DNA of 63,283 bases, the filler included, from Gonapodya sp. JEL0774 (lineage: Eukaryota): NCBI GenBank assembly GCA_027604505.1. It is 51 parts of 51 records of this genome, joined end to end, with 100 filler letters (N's around TTAATTAATTAA, not from the genome) between each part and the next. Parts side by side here need not be neighbours in the genome. Positions count along the whole stretch, not along the records: positions 12,505 to 13,653 come from JADIIX010003752.1; positions 13,754 to 14,902 come from JADIIX010003753.1; positions 15,003 to 16,150 come from JADIIX010003754.1; positions 16,251 to 17,398 come from JADIIX010003755.1; positions 17,499 to 18,646 come from JADIIX010003756.1; positions 18,747 to 19,894 come from JADIIX010003757.1; positions 19,995 to 21,141 come from JADIIX010003758.1; positions 21,242 to 22,388 come from JADIIX010003759.1; 43 more parts are not named here. The stretch is one strand, 5' to 3'. Below, piece after piece: positions 12,505 through 24,540 of the stretch (the stretch's first letter is position 1; the number at the start of each line of letters is the position of its first letter). The position numbers were made by a program, and so were the translations under genes. The notes under the pieces are model-generated. The model made no database searches and was not told the origin of the DNA. It saw only the letters and a program-made list of their open reading frames with translations.

Positions 12505-13610
12505 GGCTCCAATCGTGATGTCTACAAATCAGAACACCACGAACGGCGAGAATTATGATGAGATTCATCACCAAAAGTCCACTTCGAAACAAAACCTACC
12601 CGTCATAGCCATATCGTTGTCGATACTCCCAACCAGTCCCACAATCGTCAATCCTCCTTTCACCCTCTCTGCTTTCTCCTTATCAACCTTTCCACCCGCA
12701 ACCAACTCCTCCACCAAGCCGACCCATTCCTGTCTTAGCAGGTCGGCACCCGTCAGGGACCCGTCTCCACCTACCACGATTAAGGCATCAATACCGAGTT
12801 CGACCATGGTGCGGCAGGCGGAGAGGCGGCCGGCACGTTCCCGGAAAGCTAAACAGCGAGCGGAGCCGATGGATGTGCCTCCCTGCAGGTTGTCATGGAG
12901 AAGAATGAGAGTTGCTGACAGAGACTCCAGAGCTTGAAACAAGTTGAAATATGCAAGAACATTCCAATGCAAATCCTGCTTCGTTAATATGTTGTCTTCT
13001 GAATACTGTCTGCCCTCTGGTCTTGTCCTACTTAAGTACGTGAAGGCCATTTCGTCCGGAGCTTCGGACCCTGTCACTTTGAGACGACCACGTGCACTCC
13101 TGCAAAAACTCACCAATGACATCACACCTCTCACATCCTCCCATCCCACCCTCTTGCATTTGTCGCCGCCTTCCACCAGACCCTGATACCCCTCAAACAC
13201 GGCATACGGCACACACCCTTTCGCGAGCGCGCAGCGGACAACAGCGCGCACACACGCGTTCATTCCAGAGCAGTCACCACCCGAGGTGAGTACGGCGAGG
13301 CGTTTTGGTGGGGGATGAGGATGGCTGGGAGTCCGAACTTGGGGTAACGGGGGAGCAGAGTGAGGTGAAGTGAGACCGAGAGGGGATGATGGCACGGACG
13401 GCGGAGGAGAAGTGGTAGAAAAGGGAAGGGTAGAGGTTGTGAGGCGGATCAGGTTACCGAGAGGGTCGTGGGTGTAGAGGTCCGAGGTGGTCGAGGGAGA
13501 GGGGAAGGTGGCATTGCGGCGCCGCACAAACGGATGGTTAATGTCTTTGAGAATAGATTCGGCGGCCTTGGAGTGCCATACCGGTGGTTCGGGAGGAGAT
13601 TATGATGCTG
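12505..13610 (-). CDS. PFK: 6-phosphofructokinase (fungal type), N-terminal part
   Basis: KRLAVLTSGGDCSGMNACVRAVVR, GGTSIGSARC, GGDGSLTGAD, GLVGSIDNDM; upstream DPLGNLI resembles the fungal Pfk N-domain. Confidence 0.97.
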
Positions 13611-15002
13611 CGTTAGTTTGCCTGTCGATAATCATTGAAGAATTTCATATAGANNNNNNNNNNNNNNNNNNNNNNNNNNNNNNNNNNNNNNNNNNNNTTA
13701 ATTAATTAANNNNNNNNNNNNNNNNNNNNNNNNNNNNNNNNNNNNNNNNNNNNCACCGTCCCCTCCCCAATTACTTCCAGTTTTTCGTAGCTGTCGTTGA
13801 TAGACCGCCCAGCAGACATGATTCTACGTGTAATCTGAGAAAGATTTCAGAATCTTTCGACGGCAATCAGGACTGAAAGGCTTGGTCTATGGAAGGGGGC
13901 AAGGGTTAGAAAATGTATGTATCCTTGATGTCAGGGAAGGCGACTCCAGGAAGAAGACCCGCTATGGACAGCGGGCTCGGATTACGATAGATAAAGGAAG
14001 AAGGACAAGCTTGCATCCTCTTCCAAGATGTTCCGGGCTCCATGTGCCGCTTGTCTTTCATGGTATGACACTCTTGTGTGCTGGGACCATACTCAACAAG
14101 GAAGGTTTTCCCGCAGGGCTTGTTCGCCTCGTTTGTCAACTTTGCCCAGCAGGTGAGTTGGACTCAGGGGCATATACCCTTGTCATATTCTCCTGTATAT
14201 TCATATCTCATACTTTGCCGAGCAGTGTGTGTGTGCCAGGCCGCATCTGCGTTCCAATGAAACTGTGTCGACGTCAACAAGGCGGAAGCATGAGAGCGCC
14301 CTCTCCAGCCGCTTAACACTGACTGACAATATCAAATGCATTGAGCGGCGTTGAACCACGGTGTAGCTTGGTCAATCAGGTGCTGTGCTGCTCGCATCCT
14401 ATGCATTAGAAACGGCGAAACCGCATTATGCACTGAGCCGTCCCGGCTTCATGTCGGCTCAACTTGACTCCACGTCATGATTGATCTCGACCAAGAACCC
14501 GACGAGGAGGACCATTCAAAAATTGCATTTGATACGCCAGTGTGAGAGAAGCGCTCGCAGTCTTCAACGGACCCAGAACCTGACCGTCGGGTGAAATCTG
14601 TTTAGTGGTGATTCAGCATCAATACAGGAACGAGACCATTCGCCACGCTCCAGAGGCAGGACACCATCTTCCGTGAATTCCATCCGCTCGGAGAAAGAGG
14701 ACGCAGGTCCTGATTCGCAACAATCATCGACAAGTATTCGACAACGGAGTGTTGCGGCAATCATTAATTCGGGTCAGCCATTGGCGGGACACGCTAGTTC
14801 GTACCAGGACCGAATCAGTCAAATTGTGGGACACGTGTCGGGAGTCTTGACGGATACAGACCTAGAAGACGATAGTCTACGGTGAGAAGAACTTCACGCG
14901 GTNNNNNNNNNNNNNNNNNNNNNNNNNNNNNNNNNNNNNNNNNNNNTTAATTAATTAANNNNNNNNNNNNNNNNNNNNNNNNNNNNNNNNNNNNNNNNNN
15001 NN

Positions 15003-15900
15003 ACGAGCCTCCTCTGCCATTTCAACTACCCGCGCCCCCTCTTCACGAGCTCGCGGTCCTTCTTTGAATGATTTCCCGGGAACTCCTTCGTAGCCCTGAT
15101 CCGTCTGCGTTGGGGGCCCGCCAGCCCACCTTCTAGCTACTCCGACAACAATATTTCTCACAAACACCCTTGCTTCTTCAGGAAGATAGAGAGCAGCGTA
15201 TCGACCGACCAGTTCTACGAGACGACGAAGCAGAACTGCGATGTCGTGGCGAGCTGTGGTGACAAGGGCAAGTGGGTCAGCGGGCACGGAAGAGTCCTAC
15301 AGTGGATGGTGGTGGGAACAAAGCACAATATTTCAGCCACACGAGCATCTTGGTATGCGCCGCGTCGGAACAGCAAAACAAACTGGGCCGACACTCACAA
15401 CTGGTGATGAAGGGGGTGTCATGACTCCCTTCATAGAATCTCCGGACTCTGGTGGGTCAATCCAGTCCACGGCTTTTTCCGCAGCCCGGGCGAGTAACGA
15501 AAGGAGTTGTCGCAGGCGGTGAATGTGGACATCCAGACGTCGGATCGCTTGCTACATGCACCGGGTCGTACACAGTGCGTACAATATAGAGATGGAATTC
15601 AATCAACAAGCGTGAGCGCATGTTTTGAAAGGGCGTACCTCGATCCAACCAACGGCGTATCCGACATGACCCACACCACGCTCGCCACCACCATCTGCCG
15701 TGGCCCACCTTGTGGGGCTCCCCGCTGCGCTGTTAGTCGTGGTGGGAGTTCCGGGCGGCATGACAATGCCGGTCCAACGGGTTACTTGTCCAACTGCTGA
15801 GGTTGCGAGATCGCTTCCCCACGCAGGTGTCGAGGTCATAGGTACTATGTCAGTGGGGAACTGAGCGTCTACAAGTGCTGATGGTTGGTTGGGTGTCGAG
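15003..15900 (-). CDS. Opi1-like transcriptional regulator (fragment; 5' limit approximate)
   Basis: ARHDIAVLLRRLVELVGRYAALYLPEEARVFVRNIVVGVARRW resembles the Opi1 C-terminal domain; QAIRRLDVHIHRLRQLL resembles the zipper region. Confidence 0.6.
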
Positions 15901-16645
15901 GTATCATGTTGTTGCGTTGGCGATACTTCGGCAGGAGTGACGGGGTTATGGCGGAGAGAGTTCGGCAGTTGTTGTTCAAGCTACCGATGCGATCAAAAAG
16001 ACAACAACAATGAGAACCACATCACGACAAATAATTTTACGCGAAGAAGCGAATACGGGCTGTAAGTTTTGCATTGCCCACCCACCGCATCCACAGCTCG
16101 CACTCCCCAAGTATCCAGCACCCCACCGACATCTCTGACCCGCTTATCCCNNNNNNNNNNNNNNNNNNNNNNNNNNNNNNNNNNNNNNNNNNNNTTAATT
16201 AATTAANNNNNNNNNNNNNNNNNNNNNNNNNNNNNNNNNNNNNNNNNNNNCGGGAAGAGAGGGGCGGGCTCAAAGGCGGGAGATACGAAATCCAAGAAAA
16301 CCAAACGGTAGTGCTGGTAGTTCTACTGACGGGATCTGTGACGTTTTGCACGAGCAGTTTGGATCAAATCTTCTCCCTGTCGGTTGTTTGTATGCACATA
16401 TTGCACCCTCACCGGCTTTCAATGATTGTACATGTCTAGTGAAATACAGCTTAATCACTCATTGCCCTACTGACAGTTGTGCTTGTGACTGATTCGAAGA
16501 GATGAGCAAGGCATACCAAAGCCCCGCACCCCTGTGCCCGTCCCCATCGCTCTCTCTACTCAACGAGCTTGAATTGCTAGTCATCTTTTAAACAAGCACA
16601 AATATTTGCTGAAAGCTCAACAGGAGGACTTGTCCGAAAAAGAAC

Positions 16646-17398
16646 TCACGCTTCACCTTCCAACTGACTATCAAAATGTGATCGAATGAGTTTCAACACA
16701 TCTGTCGCCCCCCTTCTATCTGCCACCGCAAGCGCTTCTCTACGGAGCCACGATGGACGTCGCACGTCTGATCCGCAGTTGATCAGCAACTTCACTATCT
16801 TCAAATGCCCACTCATTACAGCAGTCCAAAGTACCTCTTCCTCATTTGCGTGAACGTCCGCTCCTCAGAGATCCAGCAAAAGATGCACAACGTTCATGTG
16901 TCCATTCTGAGCGGCAGAGTTCAGACAACTCTGAACATCGTCAATAGGTGCGATCTGGATGCGCTCAGCTTCTGCAAGCAGGAACCGCACTACATTCACA
17001 CGCCCATCACTCGAAGACACGTACAGCAGCATAGGGATGGTGTTACGTATGTTCTTTTCGTTCTCAAGGAGTAACTTCAAAACTTGGACGTGTCCCTTCC
17101 CACAAGTTCGTATCAGAAGGCGACGTGTATTCCGCCGCTCATAAACATCTGCACCCAGATTGAGGAGAATCCGAACGACTTCCACGTTTCCAGCAGTGGC
17201 TGCGGCGTACAAGGGGGTAATTGTTTCCGCACGCGGTGATCCTAGTTTTGCACCATCGTCCACATCAAAGCCTCCAACTGCGCGGAATTGCGCGCAGATT
17301 GCCTCGATAACCAGATGCTGACTTGGCTCAAGTCTAGAACACTCGTGAACAAGTGTTGCGGCGCTCGAAGGGTAGTGCGCGATGGCACGGATTGCGAT
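16646..17398 (-). pseudogene. Ankyrin-repeat gene with one in-frame TGA (16865-16867), paralog of 40056-40925
   Basis: TPLYAAATAGNVEVVRILLNLGADV; after LLLDL* the frame continues GADVHANEEEVLWTAVMSGHLKIVKLLINCG...TDVLKLIRSHFDSQLEGEA* to 16646. Confidence 0.8.
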
Positions 17399-18065
17399 NN
17401 NNNNNNNNNNNNNNNNNNNNNNNNNNNNNNNNNNNNNNNNNNTTAATTAATTAANNNNNNNNNNNNNNNNNNNNNNNNNNNNNNNNNNNNNNNNNNNNAA
17501 ACTCATGTGAGCTTCTCCCAAACCTTTGGATTGGTTCGCGGATCATGTTTATCCAGTTTGCTTCTTCAATTTCATTGGGCCAGGACGTCTAGCACCTGTG
17601 CTCCCCTCTATTCAAAGCGGAGGAGAGGTCCACGACCCTGTTTTAAAGTCAGGGGCTACAAACAGTAAGTATTGGAGCGAGAGGTTGGCGCGGGAGTTCT
17701 GAGTACGAAAAGGATGGGCCGACTAGACAAAAGTGCATGCATGGAGATTGCGGAATGCACCGTTACAGGTGTATATGTAGTTTATGTTGCTCCAGTCCGT
17801 AGTTCTACATTTTTGTAAATGCATAGAGACGTGCGATCATGACTGTGTTATGCCAGTACCGTGCTGAGGGGTTCTTGAACAAACTGCACTCGGCTCAGTA
17901 ACAACTAACAGAGATGATACCCAATATTTCTTAAGGACATTGCGTACCATGAAGATAAAAGATCTCGACTTGTGATTGTACATTGAAAGCTACACTCCTC
18001 TTGGCATTACCCAGATGCAAATAAAATATTTACCTGATTTGCAGCCCCCCTTTATGGCAAGATGA

Positions 18066-18612
18066 TTACATGTTCTGGAAGTAAGGATGAAGCAACGCTC
18101 TTCGAACAGATATTCGCTTTGCTGGGTCATATGCGAGGAGTTGCTGAGTCAGAGGTGAAATGTGATCGAAGTGTAGTGAGCGAAGAATCGGCGTCTCATA
18201 AACCAGAGTACGCCAACGCAGAGTGTATTCCCACACTAATTGGGATCCCGAGCTACAAACCGCTTCCCTCTGAGGACGCCGATAACACTGTCGCCTGCTA
18301 ATAGTTACACACTCACTTCGAGAAGGTCCAGACCGTTGGCATCCAGCGTCTTCACTAATTCCGAAAGGGGTCGCTTCGACCAAGATGGGAACGTGTCCTT
18401 GTAGTCCGGCAGGCTGCTCACACCCGGCCACACGGCTTCATTGGGGGTACCGAGGATTCTGTGAAGGGACCGGTTTTGCAAACAAAATTTCACGAGAGGC
18501 ATGAGGCGCGTCTCTGATACATTAAATACCGGAAAATTTGGAACAACTGGTCGATTTCAGAGTCGCCGGGAAAGAGGGGAGACCGGTTGCACATTTCGGC
18601 GAATATGCCTGG
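18066..18612 (-). CDS. CDC28: Cyclin-dependent kinase CDK1/Cdc28-like, 3' exons (copy A)
   Basis: [74 protein letters not shown]. Confidence 0.92.
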
Positions 18613-19319
18613 CGACCGTTGCGGAAATATGTCAAAGGCGAGGTGANNNNNNNNNNNNNNNNNNNNNNNNNNNNNNNNNNNNNNNNNNNNTTAATTAATT
18701 AANNNNNNNNNNNNNNNNNNNNNNNNNNNNNNNNNNNNNNNNNNNNGCCCACGCCCTCCAGACGCTGTCGATGGACCAGAAACCCCGCTTGAGCTGTCGA
18801 TCCGGTCGTTTCCTGTGCGAGACAATGCATTTCTGGGGGCAGATCGCGCTGGTTTGGGGCCCATGCCGGTCGGGGAAGGGGTGACGGTGTGCGTCGGTTC
18901 TGAGCGCTCAAGGAAGCGAGCGGGACCCGAAGGGGGGGCGAGGAGGGAGGAGGGGAATTCGCGCTCGGAGTGACTGCTTTTGGTGGCTCGACGTTTCTTG
19001 CAGTGTATGGGGGGAGGAGCATGTATGTCGGATGATGGCCACCAAGACAGTTGCCCTGCCGGATACACCCGCGCATCGAGGTGACATGAGCATTCGTCAC
19101 TGTTTCCTTTCATCCTTCAATCTAATTCATCTGATTTGCAGCTTTATTCGTACAGTATAATGGGAACAACCAATACGTACAACTGTAGTCAGAACAAATA
19201 ATGTTCGGAAACGGAAGAGGTTAACGCGTCGACGTGTAAAATCTACAGTCCAATATCTGTATTGTTTTATCGCAGTCACCGCAAAAGGGCTGAATCCTCC
19301 CCACCGTTGAATCTATCCG

Positions 19320-19894
19320 TCACTGGTTCTTCGTCCACGGAATCCACTTCCGGGTCGAAACCTTCAATCCGAGCCTGTCACCGACTTCGCTCGCAACCCT
19401 CAGTACATAAAGAATGTCCTCCTTGGTGTGACTCGCACTCACGCAGAACCTAACCCTGCCTGATATAATGGGGGTAGCGGGATATCCGACGGTAACCACA
19501 GCCACACCACGAGCCAAGCACTCCCGAGAAAAGGCCGGGATCTTGGCCGGATTAAAGAGTAGGAGGGGGATGACAGGGCTGCCCATATCGCCGTACACAA
19601 TGAATCCCATCCGTTTGAGCTCGGTGTGCAGCAAACGGGCATTATCCGCGATCTGGTCGATTCTTCTACGACCATCATTGGTACCATCTTCACCCAAAAT
19701 GATCCTCATCGAGGTTATGACTTGCTGAGCGACTAGTGGCGCGATAGGCTCCGCATAGATGTTTGAAATTGCATGGGTACGGAGGTAGTCAATGACAGAC
19801 TGTGTATGCAGAACGAAGAAGAAGCGGTTCATTTTCCAAGATGACTCGAGTTGATCGGCCACACACTTACTTTCTTCCCCGCCACGTACCCTCC
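19320..19894 (-). CDS. LCB2: Serine palmitoyltransferase subunit 2, 3' part
   Basis: GFIVYGDMGSPVIPLLLFNPAKIPAFSRECLARGVAVVTVGYPATPIISGRVRFCVSASHTKEDI. Confidence 0.96.
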
Positions 19895-19994
19895 NNNNNN
19901 NNNNNNNNNNNNNNNNNNNNNNNNNNNNNNNNNNNNNNTTAATTAATTAANNNNNNNNNNNNNNNNNNNNNNNNNNNNNNNNNNNNNNNNNNNN

Positions 19995-20504
19995 TCGTGA
20001 TACACCTTTGTGGACCTTTTCTGGGCCCGGATCACGACATGACGATTTATAGACAAAGTGGACTCAATGATGTACTTGCACAGCATGGTGAGTTGATGAT
20101 TGCGTACTGTTTGCTCTTCTATTCTCAAAGTTTTCCCGAGGATAGCTTTTGGACCAAACCATGAACCGTACCAAATCTATGGAGACCCCGCCTACCACCC
20201 CGGCAACGGGCATCTTATTGGACCTTGGAAGCTGCCGCACTTGACGCCGGAGCAGCAGCAGTACAACACTTCAAACAGTGCTGTACGGGTTGCAATTGAG
20301 TGGGCATGGGACAAGCCGGCAACACTGTTCGCGTTTTTGAACTACTACAGGACCCTAAAAGTAGAGTTATCACCTATTGCATCTTATTATCGCATTGGTG
20401 TTTTCTTGGCTAATGCTCATACATGTTTTTATGGGGGTGAAACGGGTGATAAGTTCGGTGTTGAACCCCCATCAATTGAGACCTATTTGCAAGCGTATAT
20501 GTGA
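19995..20504 (+). mobile_element. PIF/Harbinger DDE transposase, C-terminal part (copy 1)
   Basis: GPDHD...SGL, IYGDPAY, YNTSNSAVRVAIEWAW, LANAHTCFYG...FGVEPPSIETYL (DDE_Tnp_4/HARBI1-like). Confidence 0.92.
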
Positions 20505-20528
20505 TGAATTTTGTACTATAATACACTG

Positions 20529-21141
20529 CTACTGTTTGCTCATAAAACTTTTAAACATCTCCATCATCATCTGTTGGTTTGCGGCAGCCAACTTCACTTG
20601 CTCTTCCTCCACAACCAACCTCCTCTCCTTGAGCTCCAACTCCTTCATTCGCCTCTCCTCAGCTTGCCTTGCTATAGCCAAGTATCCCTCCTTGTCCTGG
20701 CTATCCTCCTTGAGCAATTCCTCCAGCCTAAGGAGGCTGTTTCGGGCATCCACCGCGGGCCTCCCGCGTTTCTTCCTGTTGGTGATGTCCTCTGCAGTCC
20801 AATCCTCACCCTCATCTCCCATTCCTAGCGGACGCTTCTTGGAGAGCGTCTCCGTGGCGTTCTGTCTGATGTCTGGTGGGGAGGTGAGCCAACAACAGTC
20901 TCGAACCAGCAACACTCCGACTCACCAGCTGCCAGCTTCATGTCCCGTTTCCTCTCCGCCAACGCATTCTCCTTATTGTTGGCAAGGTCGGCGTTGAAGG
21001 CGGCTTGCTGTTGTGACATAAGTGGGCAATGGTGATATCCACAACCACCCCTCAAAAGCACATGCATAACTTCACTCACTGTGTTGGCATACTCTTCCAC
21101 CATTGCATCCAGCGCTGACTCCTCCTCGTTCTCACCTGTGA
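20529..21141 (-). mobile_element. Harbinger accessory ORF (Myb/SANT-like plus coiled coil), 3' part (copy 1)
   Basis: Convergent with the transposase; two introns; coiled-coil tail ELELKERRLVVEEEQ; highly similar to 37585-38473. Confidence 0.8.
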
Positions 21142-21679
21142 NNNNNNNNNNNNNNNNNNNNNNNNNNNNNNNNNNNNNNNNNNNNTTAATTAATTAANNN
21201 NNNNNNNNNNNNNNNNNNNNNNNNNNNNNNNNNNNNNNNNNTAAGGGATAGTGTCGACGGATTCCAAGACTCATCATAAATGAAAATATGACACGCAAAC
21301 ACTTGACTCCTCGCTTCCAAGATGCTCTAAATCATTTAGTAATTCAGGAACAGCGAAAGTTCCATCCCACTTCCTCACAGTACTGAATTTTGTGTTATGT
21401 GATGCAGAAATGACATTGAGATCATCACCAAGTATGACATCAGGAGTGCTTCCTCTGTCTATGTCAATGGCGTATCTGCGCTAGCAGCGTTTGGCAAGAT
21501 TGATACATTCAAGATCTGCCCACAGGTCATGAATCCCAGAGACATCATTCCAACGCCTATGACCCAAAAGTAGGAGGATGGATGGCGCCACTGCGCGATG
21601 TGATGATTCGGTGATGGGGTGAGGGGAAACTGAGATTGAAGAAACGCGATCATCCCAACTCACATAGAACGCCCAATTC

Positions 21680-22388
21680 GACGTGCGAAATGACTGAGAC
21701 GTGGATCCTGGAATGATATCATGTGCCTCGACAACCCCATGGCGATACTCGTCACAGCATCGGTTAGAAACAATTCAATGGACCCATACTTGACAGATGT
21801 CTGGAACAACTCACCATCCACGCCGAGATTGCGTACCGCGAGGTGATCTGTACTATCATCACCATGACGCCTTTGATCACCATCATTCGTGGATCCTCTT
21901 CAACTTGCGAGCCTTTAGTTGCTTCCAACTTTGAGTAAAGTGGACTATAATAGAGCGAGCACACGGTCGCGAGAATTGAGGACAGAACTACCGCCATATG
22001 ATTCTGGAAAGCTGACATTTATCAAAATTCGATAGAGCTGGGTACGGAATCATCGTACCATTAAGAATATCACCGAAAATTCACCACGGAGCCTCAAGAC
22101 ATCTGTACGCGACATGTAATTACGACCAGGTGTTCGGAAAAAACGAATGACAGCAACCCAAAGGAGTGCATTGAAGCGTTGGCATGAGCTCTTTTCGATC
22201 TTCTTTCGGGCAACGCTCTCCACGTCTGGCGTAATGCCTCCATCTGTCACGAAGTATCCCGTTGAAAACCCCCCAGAAACTGAGCTTCGTCGTCTTGATT
22301 GCGGTGTTGGGACAATGGCAAGGTTTACATTCAATTGGTCTCTCCCTGTCCGAGGGAGTGAATCTGCTCCGTATGAAGTTGATTCATT
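21680..22388 (-). CDS. Multi-pass membrane protein fragment, unknown function
   Basis: Hydrophobic segments (MAVVLSSILATVCSLYY; MMVIKGVMVMIVQI) in ORFs 22050-22334 and 21764-22018 with intervening introns; 3' limit uncertain. Confidence 0.35.
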
Positions 22389-22513
22389 NNNNNNNNNNNN
22401 NNNNNNNNNNNNNNNNNNNNNNNNNNNNNNNNTTAATTAATTAANNNNNNNNNNNNNNNNNNNNNNNNNNNNNNNNNNNNNNNNNNNNTTGTCCTTTCAA
22501 TACACCTCTCCGC

Positions 22514-23634
22514 TCACGAAATGCGGCTCGTTGGCCGTTCTGGTAGGCGACGTAGAAAGCATGGATAGTGGCAATGTCCGAGAACAGCAGGAACGACGCA
22601 AGGTACATTTTGGAGCGCGAGCGGGCTGAGGTATGAAAAAGGAGGAACTCGGAGACGGCGAGCGGTAAGAGGGCAGAGCCTTAGTTTCACGACAAAGAGA
22701 CTGTTAATTCCATCATCACTTGCTCGTGTATCTCGAATGACCGTAGGTCTGCTGCTGCAGCTACTAGCCACGCTACCAAGACGATACAATGAAGATGGCA
22801 CAGAATCAAGCGCTGAAAGCTCACCGTAAAGCCTGACCAAGAGGTCGACGATTGCACCTTGGGACGTGTCAACAACTGCGATTGCACGGCCGGTCTCTCC
22901 TCTCTCCACGGTTTCCCAGTCTGTCCGGTCAATGAAGAGGGGATACCGTAGCACAACGTGAACTCTGGGAAAGATCATCGCGAAGGCGCCAGAAGCAAAT
23001 GTGACCGTTGGTTCGACTACATAACAATATACAGTTCCGTTCGGGATTGAATGATTAACCACGAGGATGAGCAGGAATGAACAGAGCGAGTTACAAGGCA
23101 AGCACTTTGAGCTCACCAACGCCGAACAGAGTCTGCGCAAGAGTCAGGGGCATTGTACAGGGCTCTATTGTGTGCTGATTGAATCACTCACAAGCAATCA
23201 CTGCTTTGGTCACCCGAAACTGCTGTGTCTCTTTTGGGCTTGTTCCGCACTTCCCGTTAGGATGAACGAGGACAATTACGTGCTCGCTGGTCAGATCATC
23301 AAAAACAGCGGGTATGCCAAGCAGGCGTCGGAAAGCTGGAGATCGGTAGAAAAACTGGTCAAGGACTTGGTGGGTCCACCTGTTCAAAGATGCCCAACGA
23401 CTCCGCTCTGCGCGTACTACTTCCGCATGACGGTCAATTTACTTTACTAGCTAATGCTTGTGTCTCGGCATAGCTCGTTCATAAGACACTGCCTTTCCAA
23501 GGTTGGCCAGGCCATGTCATTGAGCTCTTCCTCGCGCAGCTCGCGGCCTCGGATTCCAACAATTTCGTTGGTAATGTCGGAGTAGGAGAAAGAGAAGCGC
23601 GCGTGTGGAGTGACTTGGTGCGGAAAAGAAATAC
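22514..23634 (-). CDS. Hypothetical spliced protein fragment
   Basis: Protein-like ORFs 23184-23387 and 22514-23140 linked by GT-AG introns; no recognised motif. Confidence 0.35.
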
Positions 23635-23734
23635 NNNNNNNNNNNNNNNNNNNNNNNNNNNNNNNNNNNNNNNNNNNNTTAATTAATTAANNNNNNNNNN
23701 NNNNNNNNNNNNNNNNNNNNNNNNNNNNNNNNNN

Positions 23735-24540
23735 ATCGAACGGCAGAGAATAGGGGAGCTCATGATCGAGTGAGTCATAGCCGCCCACATATTCACGTTG
23801 CTCCTGCAATATACCTTGAAACCCCTGCGTCGCAGGCTGGCGTCCGCCCCACCGACCCCTGACCCTCCGGCCCCACCTCCAACCGACATCCTCGCCCTCC
23901 TCCACCGCGCCAAACAACAAAGCGCGTCATACACTCACTCAGAACCACCCCACGTGCCCAGCTCGCCTTCTCTGCCGTCGTCGGCACACGGCCACGCGGT
24001 CCCACAGTCACCCTACCAACCACCACCTCACTTTTCCACCACCACACATACCACGTACCACGCGAACCACACCCACCACTCCTTATCTCCAACTTCATCT
24101 CCTTTGACAAGTCCTTTGGATACCATCCCCCCCTCCCAACGATCCGCCTCCCTCGTCTCCCCGCTCACGCTACTCCGCCACTCGCAATCCTCTGTTCACG
24201 ACGCCACAGCACACCCGCACCCGCCACCTGCCCGTGCCGGCTCCAGCCTCCTAAACATCCACACCCTCGAGGACGTGTTTGAATTAGTAGAGGGGGCGTT
24301 GGTACCGGCGCCCGCCGTGGAGGGCAAGTTGAGCAAGATGGAGATGAGGGAGAGGTTGGTGTATTTGTTGCAGGTGAGCGGACTCGCGAGACCTGGGGGC
24401 TGGAGTGATGTGTTGACTGTGGTGTCGCTCAATGTTTTCATCTATATATGCGCGAACCGTCAACGTCGTCGTGGCGTTTACAGAACGACCCGGTGTTTCT
24501 CAACAACTTGTACGATACGTATTATGTATATAAGAGATGA
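23735..24540 (+). CDS. DCP1: mRNA-decapping activator DCP1, C-terminal part with trimerisation domain
   Basis: ERQRIGELMI (end of EVH1-like domain), Pro/Ser/His-rich linker, spliced LSKMEMRERLVYLLQ|NDPVFLNNLYDTYYVYKR*. Confidence 0.72.

Noticed and set aside
13754..14902. Short ORFs in this contig (similarly 34923-36064 and 55251-55880)
   Set aside because: No motif or consistent splice model I could support, so left unannotated
16251..16645. Possible SECIS downstream of the in-frame TGA ankyrin gene
   Set aside because: The two minus-strand ATGA sites inspected lack a convincing 10-14 bp stem closing on a GA quartet; ankyrin position is non-catalytic
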